Below are positions 52,034-61,922 of a DNA stretch of 64,000 nucleotides, one piece after another. The first letter of the stretch is position 1. The number at the start of each line of letters is the position of its first letter. The stretch comes from an uncultured Acidimicrobiales bacterium. GTDB lineage: Bacteria; Actinomycetota; Acidimicrobiia; Acidimicrobiales; CADCTF01. The position numbers and the translations under genes were made by a program. The notes under the pieces are model-generated. The model made no database searches, had not been told where the DNA came from, and saw only the letters and a program-made list of their open reading frames with translations. Location: positions 3,140 to 67,139 of the forward strand of contig CADCTF010000059.1 of NCBI GenBank assembly GCA_902805655.1, in the 5' to 3' direction.

Positions 52034-53638
52034 ATGCCCATCACCGCGCAGCTGCCCATCGACGCCCCGGGCGAACTGCCCCTGAGTGACGCCTTCAGCG
52101 GCCGCTCCGCGGGCATGGGACGGTGGCGGATCACCGTGCTGGTGATCGCCGTGCTCACGAGCCACTTCGCCGCCTTGCGCACCACCTTCGCCCCCATGCT
52201 CGGCGCCATAGGGCGTGACGGGGCGGCAGCGCTCGACCCGAACGGGCCGTTGGTCTTCGTCCCGTTCATACCTGTCGCGGCCCTGGCGGTTGCCCTCACG
52301 CGTTGGCGCGGTGCCGATCAGGAATCGGTGGCCATCCCTCAGCGTGCGGCCGACGCCGTCATCGCCGCCTTCTTCCTCGCCGTCGCTTGGCTCGCTGCCA
52401 AGGCGGGGCCCACGGTGTTCCAGTCGGACACCCTGGCCTGGCGCGCGGACCTGCTGTCGCTGGCGCCTTTCACCGCAGCCATGGTGGTGGCGCTCTTCGG
52501 GAGCCGGATGCTGACCCGGCTGCGGCCGGCGCTGTGGCTGCTGACGCTCATGGCGCCGGCCCTGTACCGGCCGCTGATCGAGCTGGCCCGGCAGGCGTCG
52601 AGCTACCTCACCATCAACGCAGTGACCCAGCTCTCGTCGACCGTTCCGGGCCTGGCCATGGCCGGCCGGATCGACGGCAGCTACCTCGTTCTCGGGCGCG
52701 GCGCCGAGCGCACCGTCGTCGCGGTGACCTCTGCGTGCGGCGGCGGTGGCTCCGTGCTGGCCGCTCTCGTCGTGGGCGCGGTCGTCTGGCAGCTGACTAC
52801 GGGTCCGCGGCGGCGAAAGCTCCAGTGGACGGCGATGGCCGTGGCCTTGGTGTGGGTGGCGAACCTCATCCGGCTGGCCCTGCTGGTCGGCGCCGCGTCG
52901 TGGCTCGGCCCCGTCGTGACCCTCCGGGACATCCACCCGTGGCTGGGCGCGCTCAGCCTGCTGGGCGCGCTGTCGCTGGCAACGGCCCTGATCCCGCGCT
53001 TCGGTCTGGCGGGCCGTCGGGTGCCGACACCGGCGCAGCCCCTCCGGGCGGTGACCCGGCCCGACCTCTCGGTCGTCGCCCTCGTGCTGTCTGCGACCCT
53101 CCTGATCGCGGGGCCGGCCCACGCCGCTGCGGTGGGTTGGGACCTGACGACGGGCGCCTCCCGCCAACCTTCGGCGAGCGCCACCGCGACGGTCGACGAC
53201 CTCACCAGCTCCCGGCGGCTGGAAGACGTGGCATGGGTGGGCGAGTACCTCGGACCGGGCTCGACCTGGAAGCGCTGGCTGCTCTTCGACAGGACCGGAC
53301 GCGCTCCGATAGCCGTCGACGTGACCGCTGCGCAGGATGCAACTCGATTCGACCAGTACGGCATCGCCGCCTGCCTCGGGTTCCACGGCGCCGTCATCCT
53401 CGAGCGCGACGTCGTGGCACTGCCCGGGGGCCGCAAGGCCGAGCGCATCACCTACCGGCCCGACGACCGCCCGGTCACTTCCGTGCTGAGCTGGCGCCAG
53501 CGGGTCGGGACCAAGACGGAGCGCATCGTGCTGCACCGGGCCGTGCTGGATGCCGAGTCCTACGAACAGTCCGTCGAGCCGCTGTACCTCGTGGCCCTCG
53601 AGATCCTGATGGGGGTCGATCATGCCGTCGTCGGTTGA
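52034..53638 (+). CDS. Exosortase/archaeosortase-family polytopic membrane protein with C-terminal extra domain (possibly EpsI-like)
   Basis: Multiple TM helices. The candidate Cys/Arg/His signature occurs in the family order: VTSACGGGGSVL, VANLIRLALLV, IHPWLGALS. A soluble tail of about 220 aa follows the last TM. Confidence 0.6.
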   Translation: MPITAQLPIDAPGELPLSDAFSGRSAGMGRWRITVLVIAVLTSHFAALRTTFAPMLGAIGRDGAAALDPNGPLVFVPFIPVAALAVALTRWRGADQESVAIPQRAADAVIAAFFLAVAWLAAKAGPTVFQSDTLAWRADLLSLAPFTAAMVVALFGSRMLTRLRPALWLLTLMAPALYRPLIELARQASSYLTINAVTQLSSTVPGLAMAGRIDGSYLVLGRGAERTVVAVTSACGGGGSVLAALVVGAVVWQLTTGPRRRKLQWTAMAVALVWVANLIRLALLVGAASWLGPVVTLRDIHPWLGALSLLGALSLATALIPRFGLAGRRVPTPAQPLRAVTRPDLSVVALVLSATLLIAGPAHAAAVGWDLTTGASRQPSASATATVDDLTSSRRLEDVAWVGEYLGPGSTWKRWLLFDRTGRAPIAVDVTAAQDATRFDQYGIAACLGFHGAVILERDVVALPGGRKAERITYRPDDRPVTSVLSWRQRVGTKTERIVLHRAVLDAESYEQSVEPLYLVALEILMGVDHAVVG

Positions 53639-55100
53639 GATTGCGTCGGACGCACCACTGCGATCGCGGCGCCTGCGAAGGTGGGACGACAACCGCCACC
53701 GCGTCGCCCGCCTCGTCGCCCTGCCACTGGTGACCGCGCTGCTCTTCGCCGTGCGCGCCGCCGTCTTCCCCGAAGGCAGGCAGCCACAGCACTGGTGGGA
53801 CCGGTCGCTCGTGCTGGCCTCCTGGCTGTGGGTCGGCGCCGTGCCGGCCACCGCTGTCGGGGTCATGGCGCTGCTCGTTCCCCGCGGACGCCGCCGGGAG
53901 GACTCCGGCGGACCGATCGAGCAGATCGTCTCCTTCCGCATCGTGTCCCGCGGCACCAACGCCACCGCGCTGGCCGACACCGTCGCCGCCATCCGGGCGG
54001 CCATGGCGCAGCGGCCCCTGTTCGACCACCGGATCGAGGTCGTGACCGACCAGGCCGTCGAGCTGCCCGAGGGGCCGGACCTCTTCGCCCACGTCGTGCC
54101 GCCCACCTACGAGACGCCCAACGGCTCCAAGTACAAGGCCCGGGCCCTGCACTACCTCTCGGAGACGTCGGATCTTCCCCTCGACGCCTGGGTCTTCCAC
54201 TGCGACGAGGAGTCGCACGTCACGGCTGGGCTGGTCGGAGGCATCCGGGACGCCATCGCCGAGGAAGAGGAACGGGCTGCCGAGGGCCTCACCCCTCGCA
54301 TCGGCCAGGGCTGCATCCTCTACTGGCGCAACCTCCGCGCCCACCCGCTGCTCACGCTGGCCGACTCGCTCCGCACGGGCGACGACGTCACCCGGTTCCT
54401 GGCCCAGTTCCGCAGCGGGGCTCTGATGTGTGGCATGCACGGCTCGTTCATCCTGGTGCGGGCCGACATCGAGCGGACAGTGACCTTCGACGTCGGCCCC
54501 GAGGGCTCGGTTACGGAAGACGCGTGGTGGGCCTACTCGCAGGCCCAGCAGGGCCGGGAGTTCCGGTGGGTGGACGGCTACCTGATCGAGCAGTCACCTG
54601 AGCACTGGGTCGACTTCGTGAAGCAGCGCCGCCGGTGGTTCTCGGGACTCTGGAAGGTGTGCCTCTACGCCCCTGCACCGTTCCTCGCCCGGGCCGTCCT
54701 CATGGGGTTCCTGACGGGCTGGCTGCTCTCGGCTCTGGGCGGCGTGTACACGGTGGTGAACCTGTTCACCGGCTACTACACCCCGCTCATCCCGCGAGTG
54801 CTCGGCGCCGTCGTCATGGCGTGGTACGTCAACTGCTACCTCACCGGGCTGTGGCTGAACCTGCGGGGCATGCCAGCCGACGTGCAACCAGGGCGTCCGA
54901 TGCGCCTGCTGCTGACCGTCGCGCAGGTGATCCTTCTGCCGGTGTTCGGAGTGCTCGAGGGCCTCGGCGTGCTCTACGCCCTGGTCAAGCCTGAGCGCGG
55001 CTTCCACGTCGTGAAGAAGCGCGGCTCAGGCGGCGAGGGCTCGGCCGACGCCGGACTGTCCGAAGCGGCCAAGCAGCCCGAGCCGGCCATCGCCGCCTAG
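53622..55100 (+). CDS. Membrane-bound processive family 2 glycosyltransferase
   Basis: HCDEES (D,D,D-type region), VTEDAWW, QRRRWFSG (Q(R/Q)xRW motif), N- and C-terminal TM helices. It overlaps the exosortase-like gene by 17 nt. Confidence 0.75.
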   Translation: MPSSVEIASDAPLRSRRLRRWDDNRHRVARLVALPLVTALLFAVRAAVFPEGRQPQHWWDRSLVLASWLWVGAVPATAVGVMALLVPRGRRREDSGGPIEQIVSFRIVSRGTNATALADTVAAIRAAMAQRPLFDHRIEVVTDQAVELPEGPDLFAHVVPPTYETPNGSKYKARALHYLSETSDLPLDAWVFHCDEESHVTAGLVGGIRDAIAEEEERAAEGLTPRIGQGCILYWRNLRAHPLLTLADSLRTGDDVTRFLAQFRSGALMCGMHGSFILVRADIERTVTFDVGPEGSVTEDAWWAYSQAQQGREFRWVDGYLIEQSPEHWVDFVKQRRRWFSGLWKVCLYAPAPFLARAVLMGFLTGWLLSALGGVYTVVNLFTGYYTPLIPRVLGAVVMAWYVNCYLTGLWLNLRGMPADVQPGRPMRLLLTVAQVILLPVFGVLEGLGVLYALVKPERGFHVVKKRGSGGEGSADAGLSEAAKQPEPAIAA

Positions 55101-55132
55101 CGGCGCTGTCCGGCTCGGCGACCGGCCGCGGC

Positions 55133-55690
55133 TCATGGCCGGGGCGGCCGGGCCGGTCGGGGTGACCGAGCGTCTGCCGGCCGCCGGCCGGTCACGCAGA
55201 ACATGGCGCCGTCCGGATGGCGCCGGAGCTCACAGGCGAACCCGCCGAGCTCGAGGTTGGCGGCCACCACCGGGCCGACATCGCGCGCGGAGCGTGCCGG
55301 CCCCTCATAGACCAGGTGCACGGCCGCACCGGGCCCGAGCGCCCCGAGCAGCACCTCGCACTCCTCGGCGGCGTCGGTCGTCCAGAACAGGTTCACGTTG
55401 ATCGCAAAGGCGACGTCGAACGCACCGGGGTCCGGCCGGAAGGCAGCCAGGGCCACCTGCTCGAGCACCACACGTCCCGAACGCACCGACTCGGCGTTGC
55501 GAGCCCGGGCCCGTGCGAGCGCAGTGGCCGAACGGTCGATGGCCGTGATCGTGCCGCCCTGGAGCCGCTCGGCCACGAGCGCCACCGCCACGCCTGGTCC
55601 GCACCCGATCTCGAGGACGCGGTCATCGACACCCACATCCAGGAGATCGACCGCCCATGCGATCCGCGCCGGCACCGGAGTAGCTGCCAC
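55133..55690 (-). CDS. Class I SAM-dependent methyltransferase
   Basis: RVLEIGCGPGVAVALVAE (motif I) ... FDVAFAINV. Start taken as GTG 55690. The longer 423-aa track ORF runs antisense into secDF and is discarded. Confidence 0.7.
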   Translation of the reverse strand: MAATPVPARIAWAVDLLDVGVDDRVLEIGCGPGVAVALVAERLQGGTITAIDRSATALARARARNAESVRSGRVVLEQVALAAFRPDPGAFDVAFAINVNLFWTTDAAEECEVLLGALGPGAAVHLVYEGPARSARDVGPVVAANLELGGFACELRRHPDGAMFCVTGRRPADARSPRPARPPRP

Positions 55691-55844
55691 TTCCGGGACC
55701 GTACCTGCGGAGCGCGCGCCGCCGCCTACGCTCGGGGACGCCCATGCACTCCGCTCTCCGGCCGACCCCGATCGTCGTGCGCCCACCCGGACCGGTAAGC
55801 GGGTTGTCAGCAGGCCGGCGTCTCGGCCAGGTCCGGAGGAAGAC

Positions 55845-58181
55845 ATGAAGAAGCTCGCATGGCGCACCCTGCTCGTGCTCGTGGTGCTCGGCTCGGCCGT
55901 CGCGTTGGTGGCCACCCGGCCGGCGCGGCTCGGTCTCGACCTGCGCGGCGGCACGCAGATCGTGCTGCAGGCCCAGGACACACCGCAGCAGCAGGTCGAC
56001 GACGACACCGTCGACCGCACCCTCGAGGTGCTCCGCCGGCGGGTCGACCAGCTGGGGGTCTCCGAGCCGAACCTGCAGCGCTCGGGGGCGGATCGAGTCA
56101 TCATCGAGCTGCCCGGCCTCTCCGATCCGGACGATGCCATCGAGGTCATCGGCAAGACGGCCCAGCTCGCCTTCCACCCTGTGCTCGGTCCGGCGTCGCC
56201 GGTCGACCCGGCGAACCCGCAACCAGTCGCCGACGGTGAGATCGTGCTGCCCGACGAGGACGGCGCGCCGCTTCGCCTCGGCCCGGCGTCGGTCACCGGG
56301 AACGATGTGGCCGACGCCCGCCCGACCCTCGGCGGCAGCGTTGGCACCGAGTGGCAGGTGAAGGTCGACTTCCGCGCCGGAGGCAACAGCTGGGCGGAGC
56401 TCACCGGTCAGGCGGCCTGCTTCCCGGCCGGGAACCCGCAGCGGCGGGTGGCCATCGTGCTGGACAACACCGTCGTGCTGAGCCCTCAGGTCGACCCCGG
56501 GGTCCGATGCCAGGAAGGTCTCACCGGTGGCACCACAGTGATCACCGGCAACTACACCGAGGACGAGGCGAGCGACACGGCGCTGCTCATCCGGGCCGGC
56601 GCACTGCCGGTGCCGGTGGAGATCATCGAGCGTCGGACCGTGGGACCCACGCTCGGCGATGCGGCGATCAAGGCGAGCGTGCAGGCCGCCATCATCGGCG
56701 CCACGCTCACCATCCTCTACATGCTCTTCTACTACCGGCTGCTCGGTGCACTGGCTTCGATCGCGCTGCTGAGCTACGGGGCCATCGCCTACGCCGTGCT
56801 GCTGGCCCTGGGCGCCACCCTGACCCTGCCGGGCATCGCCGGCTTCGTGCTCGCCATCGGCATGGCGGTGGACGCCAACGTGCTCGTCTTCGAACGCATG
56901 AAGGAGGAACACGCCGGCGGGGCGTCGGTGCGTGGCGCGGCGCGCAACGGGTTCAGCAAGGCCTGGACGGCCATCGCGGACTCCAACGCGACCACCGTCA
57001 TCGCCGCCGTGCTGCTGTTCTTCCTCGCCTCCGGAGCCGTCCGCGGCTTCGGCATCACGCTGACCGTAGGCGTGGCGGTGTCACTGTTCACCGCGCTCGT
57101 CGTCACCCGCCTGCTCGTGGACCTCGTGCTGCGCCGCAAGTCCCTCGTGGCCAAGCCGAAGCTGCTCGGCCTCGAGGTCGGCGGCGGCTTCCGCCAGCGC
57201 CTCCTCGAGCGACGCCCCAAAGTCGTGCACGGCTACCCCAAGTGGCTCACCATCTCTGCTGTCGTGATGGTGCTGTGCATCGGCGGCCTCTTCGTGCGAG
57301 GTCTCAACTACGGCATCGAGTTCTCCGGCGGCACGCTCACTGAGTTCGATCCGCGAGGCGAGGTCTCGCTCGACGATGTGCGGGACGCCGTCGTCAGCGC
57401 CGGCTTCCCGCGGGCGGTCGTGCAGGCGTCCGGCAACGCCAACGTCGTCGTCCGCACCGAGCAGCTGAGCCTCGAGCAGGAGGACACCCTCAAGAACGCG
57501 GTCGACTCGGTGGCCGGAGACTCCACCGTCGTGCGGGAGGAGTTCATCGGGCCCACCATCGGCAACGAGCTCCGTCGCAAGGCGCTGATCGCCCTGGGTC
57601 TGGCCCTCGGTGCCCAGCTGCTGTACCTCGCGGTGCGGTTCCGCTGGAGCTACGCCGCAGCCGCGGTGGCCGCCATGTTCCACGACCTGTTGATCCTCCT
57701 CGGCGTCTTCGCCTGGATGGGCAAGTCGGTCGACGGTGTCTTCGTGGCCGCCCTGCTCACCGTGGTCGGCTACTCCATCAACGACTCCGTCGTCGTCTTC
57801 GACCGCATCCGGGAGCTGCGCCGGGCCCGTCCCCGGGAACCGCTCGTGGACGTGGCCAACGAGGCCTGCCTGCAGACCGTGCCGAGGACCATCAACACCG
57901 GTCTCGGCGCGCTCTTCATCCTCTTCGCCCTCTACTTCCTCGGCGGCGAGACGCTGACCGACTTCGCCTTCGCGCTCCTCATAGGCATCCTCGTCGGCAC
58001 CTACTCCTCGGTCTTCACGGCCGCTCCCATCGCGGTGATACTCGAGGGCTGGGCCGGCCGGCGTCGCCCGCAGGCACCCGAGAAGAAGATCGGTGCGCGG
58101 CCGGCCGGTGGGCCCGCCCGCCCGACGCGGCCGGCGCCGGCGGGGGCTCAGAGGCCCCGCAAGAAGGTGGCGCGGAGCTGA
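55845..58181 (+). CDS. secDF: Fused protein-export membrane protein SecDF
   Basis: SecD part: LGLDLRGGTQIVLQA...VSEPNLQRSGADRVIIELPG...GPTLG. SecF part: NYGIEFSGGTL...IGPTIGNELR...NDSVVVFDRIRE. GGAGGA lies upstream of ATG 55845. Confidence 0.9.
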   Translation: MKKLAWRTLLVLVVLGSAVALVATRPARLGLDLRGGTQIVLQAQDTPQQQVDDDTVDRTLEVLRRRVDQLGVSEPNLQRSGADRVIIELPGLSDPDDAIEVIGKTAQLAFHPVLGPASPVDPANPQPVADGEIVLPDEDGAPLRLGPASVTGNDVADARPTLGGSVGTEWQVKVDFRAGGNSWAELTGQAACFPAGNPQRRVAIVLDNTVVLSPQVDPGVRCQEGLTGGTTVITGNYTEDEASDTALLIRAGALPVPVEIIERRTVGPTLGDAAIKASVQAAIIGATLTILYMLFYYRLLGALASIALLSYGAIAYAVLLALGATLTLPGIAGFVLAIGMAVDANVLVFERMKEEHAGGASVRGAARNGFSKAWTAIADSNATTVIAAVLLFFLASGAVRGFGITLTVGVAVSLFTALVVTRLLVDLVLRRKSLVAKPKLLGLEVGGGFRQRLLERRPKVVHGYPKWLTISAVVMVLCIGGLFVRGLNYGIEFSGGTLTEFDPRGEVSLDDVRDAVVSAGFPRAVVQASGNANVVVRTEQLSLEQEDTLKNAVDSVAGDSTVVREEFIGPTIGNELRRKALIALGLALGAQLLYLAVRFRWSYAAAAVAAMFHDLLILLGVFAWMGKSVDGVFVAALLTVVGYSINDSVVVFDRIRELRRARPREPLVDVANEACLQTVPRTINTGLGALFILFALYFLGGETLTDFAFALLIGILVGTYSSVFTAAPIAVILEGWAGRRRPQAPEKKIGARPAGGPARPTRPAPAGAQRPRKKVARS

Positions 58182-58185
58182 GTCC

Positions 58186-59652
58186 ATGACCGGCGTCGAC
58201 GTCGCCATGGCCGTCATGGGAGCGCTGCTCCTGCTGGGGGTCATCGCCAGCAAAGCCTCGTCACGACTCGGCGTTCCCGGCCTCATCCTCTTTCTCGCCG
58301 TCGGCATGCTGGCCGGGTCTGACGGGCCCGGGGGCATAGAGTTCGAGGACTACGCCGTGGCCCAGACGGTCGGCATCGTCGCCCTCGCGTTCATCCTCTT
58401 CGCAGGCGGCCTCAGCACGCGGTGGGACGACGTACGGCCGGCCGCGCGCCGCGGCGTTCTCCTGGCCACCGTCGGGGTCGTCCTCACCGCGGGTGTCTCC
58501 GGAGCGTTGGCCGCGCTGGTGCTCGACGTCCCGCTGCTGACCGGCCTGCTGCTCGGCTCCATCATCGCCTCGACCGACGCGGCAGCCGTCTTCGGCGTGC
58601 TGCGCGGCCGCAGCCTCGGGATCCGCGGCAGCATCCGCCCGCTCCTCGAGCTGGAGTCGGGCATCAACGACCCCATGGCCGTGTTCCTGGCCACCGGGCT
58701 CATCACCCTCATCGAGGATCCGTCGGCCAGCGTGGCCAGCCTGCTCCCGCTGTTCGTGCAGCAGCTGGCCGTCGGCGCCTTCGTCGGGACGCTGGTGGCT
58801 CGGGCGACGGTGCTGGCCATCAACCGGCTGCGCCTGGACTACGAGGGGCTGTACCCGGTGGTCACGCTGTCGGTGGTGGTGTTCACCTACGGGGTCACGG
58901 ACATGTTCGGAGGCAGTGGCTTCCTCGCCGTCTACCTCGTCGGCCTGCTCGTCGGGCGCGCCGACATCCTCCACAAGAAGAGCCTGGTCAGGTTCCACGA
59001 CGCGCTGGGCTGGCTGGCCCAGATCTCGATGTTCCTCGTGCTCGGGCTCCTCGCCTTCCCCAGCCAGCTGCTGCCGATCGCCGGCCGGGCCCTCGTGGTG
59101 TCCGCCCTGCTCGTGCTCGTCGCCCTGCCGGTGGCGGTGTTCGCCTCGCTCTGGCCCACCCGGCCCAGCATCCGGGAGATGACGCTCGTGTCGTGGGTCG
59201 GCCTTCGGGGCGCGGTGCCGATCGTGGTGGCCACGTTCCCGCTCGTGGCCGGCATCCCGCATGCGGAGACGATCTTCGACGTGGTGTTCTTCATCGTCCT
59301 GACCTCGGTGCTGGTGCAGGGCACCACCATCCCTGCCGTAGCGCGGCTGCTCGGCCTCGACGCGCCGGTTCCCGTGGAGCGGGCGTACCCCCTCGAGTAC
59401 GTCGGGCCAGAGAGCGCCACCACGGGCATGCACGAGCTCGAGATCCATGCCGACTCACCCGCCGCCGGACGGCGCATCCTCGAGCTCGGCCTTCCCAGCG
59501 GCGCTCTCGTCGTGCTGCTCAACCGCGGCGGGCAGTCCCTCGTGCCGGAAGGGAGCACCGTCCTGCACCCGGGTGACACGGTGCTGGTGCTGGCCGACCA
59601 CACCGCGGTACGAGCGGTGCGAGCTCAGGTGGAGGGCCGCCCCGACGGCTGA
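58186..59652 (+). CDS. K+/H+ (CPA1, NhaP2-type) antiporter with C-terminal TrkA-C domain
   Basis: GVPGLILFLAVGMLAGSDGPGGIEF..., ESGINDPMAVFL, about 12 TM segments, C-terminus ELEIHADSPAAGRRILELGLPSGALVVLLNRGGQSLVPEGSTVLHPGDTVLVLA. Confidence 0.85.
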   Translation: MTGVDVAMAVMGALLLLGVIASKASSRLGVPGLILFLAVGMLAGSDGPGGIEFEDYAVAQTVGIVALAFILFAGGLSTRWDDVRPAARRGVLLATVGVVLTAGVSGALAALVLDVPLLTGLLLGSIIASTDAAAVFGVLRGRSLGIRGSIRPLLELESGINDPMAVFLATGLITLIEDPSASVASLLPLFVQQLAVGAFVGTLVARATVLAINRLRLDYEGLYPVVTLSVVVFTYGVTDMFGGSGFLAVYLVGLLVGRADILHKKSLVRFHDALGWLAQISMFLVLGLLAFPSQLLPIAGRALVVSALLVLVALPVAVFASLWPTRPSIREMTLVSWVGLRGAVPIVVATFPLVAGIPHAETIFDVVFFIVLTSVLVQGTTIPAVARLLGLDAPVPVERAYPLEYVGPESATTGMHELEIHADSPAAGRRILELGLPSGALVVLLNRGGQSLVPEGSTVLHPGDTVLVLADHTAVRAVRAQVEGRPDG

Positions 59653-59696
59653 TCGCAGTACGCTCCCGCCGCCGCAGGCTTCGACGGGAGAAGACG

Positions 59697-60515
59697 ATGA
59701 GCGACACCTCGCAGGGTCCGGGCTGGTGGCTCGCGTCCGACAACAAGTGGTACCCGCCGGCCGGGACGCCTGCGCCGCCTCCCCCGCCGCTCCCCCCGTC
59801 GGGCCAGCCCCAACCGCCGTACGGCACACATCCGATGCAGCCGCCGCCCTATGCGCAGCCGGTGCAGAAGAAGTCGGGCAAGGGATGCCTGATCGCCGTG
59901 CTGGTCGTCTTCGGCCTGCTCGCGGCCTTGGCCATCGTGGCCGGTGTCCTCGTCTCGATGTTCGCCGACGACGTCGCCGACAACGCTCTGGGCGGCGGCG
60001 ACTGCCCCTTCCTGTCCGACGAGGAGGCCGCCGCCGCACTGGGGGCCGGCACGACCACCATGGAGATGAGTGGCCTGAGCGGTGTCCTCGTCATGATCGA
60101 CTCCCGCGTGATGCCCGATGACCAGGACTGCTCGCTCCAGGGTTCTGGGGAGGCAGCAGGCCTCGGCCGGGTGGCCCGCTACGAGGGGCCCAACGCATCC
60201 AGGAAGTACCAGGAGGAGCTCACCAAGGCCAGGGGCATCTCCGAGAGCCGGGGGAACGGCATGACCGTCACCACCGACGAGTACTTCAACAAGGAGCTCC
60301 GCGGCGTGGGCGACGAGGCATTCTGCACGAAGTCGTCCGGCCTAGGAGCAGGCGCACTGGTGCGGAAGGGGAACACCCTCGTCTACGCCTCGGTGGTGGC
60401 CAACACCTCGGCGTCCCCCGGAGTCGACCTGAGCAACCCGAACAACGCCAAGCTGGGCACGGACGACATGCACTGCGAGATCGCCCAGGGCATCGTCGCC
60501 GCCGTGCTGCGGTAG
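59697..60515 (+). CDS. Membrane-anchored hypothetical protein with Pro-rich N-terminus
   Basis: GPGWWLASDNKWYPP motif, Pro-rich segment, TM helix CLIAVLVVFGLLAALAIVAGVLV, extracytoplasmic domain of unknown family. Confidence 0.5.
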   Translation: MSDTSQGPGWWLASDNKWYPPAGTPAPPPPPLPPSGQPQPPYGTHPMQPPPYAQPVQKKSGKGCLIAVLVVFGLLAALAIVAGVLVSMFADDVADNALGGGDCPFLSDEEAAAALGAGTTTMEMSGLSGVLVMIDSRVMPDDQDCSLQGSGEAAGLGRVARYEGPNASRKYQEELTKARGISESRGNGMTVTTDEYFNKELRGVGDEAFCTKSSGLGAGALVRKGNTLVYASVVANTSASPGVDLSNPNNAKLGTDDMHCEIAQGIVAAVLR

Positions 60516-60531
60516 GCGGCGGCGGTGGCCC

Positions 60532-60553
60532 GCCCGGGCGGTGCTGCCCGGGC
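60532..60553. terminator. 8-bp GC hairpin GCCCGGGC-GGTGCT-GCCCGGGC between convergent genes
   Basis: It lies in the 47-bp gap between 59697..60515 (+) and the acyl-CoA dehydrogenase gene (-). Confidence 0.35.
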
Positions 60554-60562
60554 CGGTGCCCG

Positions 60563-61822
60563 CTAGTTGCCGAAGTCCCAGCTCTCGCCGGAGTCGTAGC
60601 GACCGAGCACGTTCTTGGCGATGAGGATCTTGTGCACCTCGTCCGGGCCGTCGGCCAGGCGCAGGGTGCGGGCCCCCATGTACATGCCGGCCAGCGGCAG
60701 GTCGTTCGACACGCCCGCCGCTCCCCACACCTGGATGGCCCGATCCACCACCCGGTGGTAGGCGTCCGGCACGTAGACCTTGATGGCCGAGATGTCGGTG
60801 CGGGCTTCCTGGAGGCCCTGGTCGATCTTCTCGGCGGCGTGGATGGTGAAGAGGCGGGCCGTCTGGATGTCGATGTAGCTGTCGGCGATGAAGCCCTGGA
60901 TGAACTGCTTGTCCCGCAGGAGGCCGCCGTGCACCTGCCGGCTGGTGGCCCGCTCGACCATGAGGTCGAACGCCCGCCACATCTGGCCGATCGAGTTCAT
61001 GCAGTGGAAGATGCGGCCGGCGCCGAGGCGGTCCTGCGCCGCCTGGTGGCCCTGGCCCACCGCGCCGAGGATGTTGTCCACCGGCACCCGGACGTCCTCG
61101 TACTTGATCTCGCAGTGGTCGGAGGTGTCTCGACCCCAGATGCCGATGCCACGGATGATGTTCACGCCGGGCGCCTTCGACGGCACGATGATCTGCGCCA
61201 TCTGGCCGGAGCGGAACGCCTCGTCCGAGGAGTCGTCCTGCACGCGGCACATGACGATGAAGAAGTCGGCCGCGATGCCGTTGGACGTGAACCACTTGTG
61301 CCCGTTGATGACCCACTCGTCGCCGTCACGGACCGCCCGGGTGGTGAGCGAGCGGGGGTCGGAGCCGGGGTTGTGCGGCTCGGTCATCGAGAAGCCGGAC
61401 TCCATGACGCCGTCGATGAGCGGCATCAGCCACTGCTGCTTCTGCTCCTCGGTGCCGTACTTCACGAGGATCGTCTGGTTGCCGGAGTTGGGGGCGACGA
61501 CGCCGAACAGCGATGCCGCGCCCATGGCGTAGGCGAGCACCTCGTTCATGTAGGCGTGGGCCAGGAAGTCGAGGCCCATCCCGCCGTACTCCTGGGGGAG
61601 GTGCGGGGCCCAGAGGCCGGCCTTCTTCACCTCGTGCTTGATGTCCTCCCGGAGCTTCCTCGCCTCCTGGCGGGCGGCCTCCTCGTAGACGGCCGAGCGG
61701 CGGCCGTTCCAGAGCTTCGACTCGTTCGGGAGGATGTGGGTGTTGACGATCTCGGCGGTGCGGCCGCGGATGTCGTTGATCCGCTCGTCGAGCGTCTCGA
61801 TCGGCTTCACGTTCATGGGCAT
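60563..61822 (-). CDS. Acyl-CoA dehydrogenase family protein
   Basis: FSMTEPHNPGSDP, INGHKWFTSN, and C-terminal helical domain with QVWGAAGVSNDLPLAGMY...RTLRLADGPDEVH. Confidence 0.9.
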   Translation of the reverse strand: MPMNVKPIETLDERINDIRGRTAEIVNTHILPNESKLWNGRRSAVYEEAARQEARKLREDIKHEVKKAGLWAPHLPQEYGGMGLDFLAHAYMNEVLAYAMGAASLFGVVAPNSGNQTILVKYGTEEQKQQWLMPLIDGVMESGFSMTEPHNPGSDPRSLTTRAVRDGDEWVINGHKWFTSNGIAADFFIVMCRVQDDSSDEAFRSGQMAQIIVPSKAPGVNIIRGIGIWGRDTSDHCEIKYEDVRVPVDNILGAVGQGHQAAQDRLGAGRIFHCMNSIGQMWRAFDLMVERATSRQVHGGLLRDKQFIQGFIADSYIDIQTARLFTIHAAEKIDQGLQEARTDISAIKVYVPDAYHRVVDRAIQVWGAAGVSNDLPLAGMYMGARTLRLADGPDEVHKILIAKNVLGRYDSGESWDFGN

Positions 61823-61922
61823 GCGTGGGCTCCCCGTCCCGCAGGCCACCGGCGACCTGCGCTTGCGTCTCGTGCGACGGTAGACCGCCGGTGGTGGCGT
61901 CCCGTCGGCCTGCCGTGCCTCG

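Noticed and set aside
51419-54106. 895-aa ORF on the minus strand across the exosortase region
   Set aside because: It is an Arg/Gly/Pro-rich antisense artefact. The plus strand encodes TM-rich proteins with exosortase-like and GT2 motifs and coupled start/stop overlaps.
55691-56404. Upstream part of the 423-aa minus-strand ORF containing the methyltransferase
   Set aside because: It overlaps the strongly supported secDF gene on the other strand and is Ser/Arg/Pro-rich. The methyltransferase fold begins shortly after GTG 55690.
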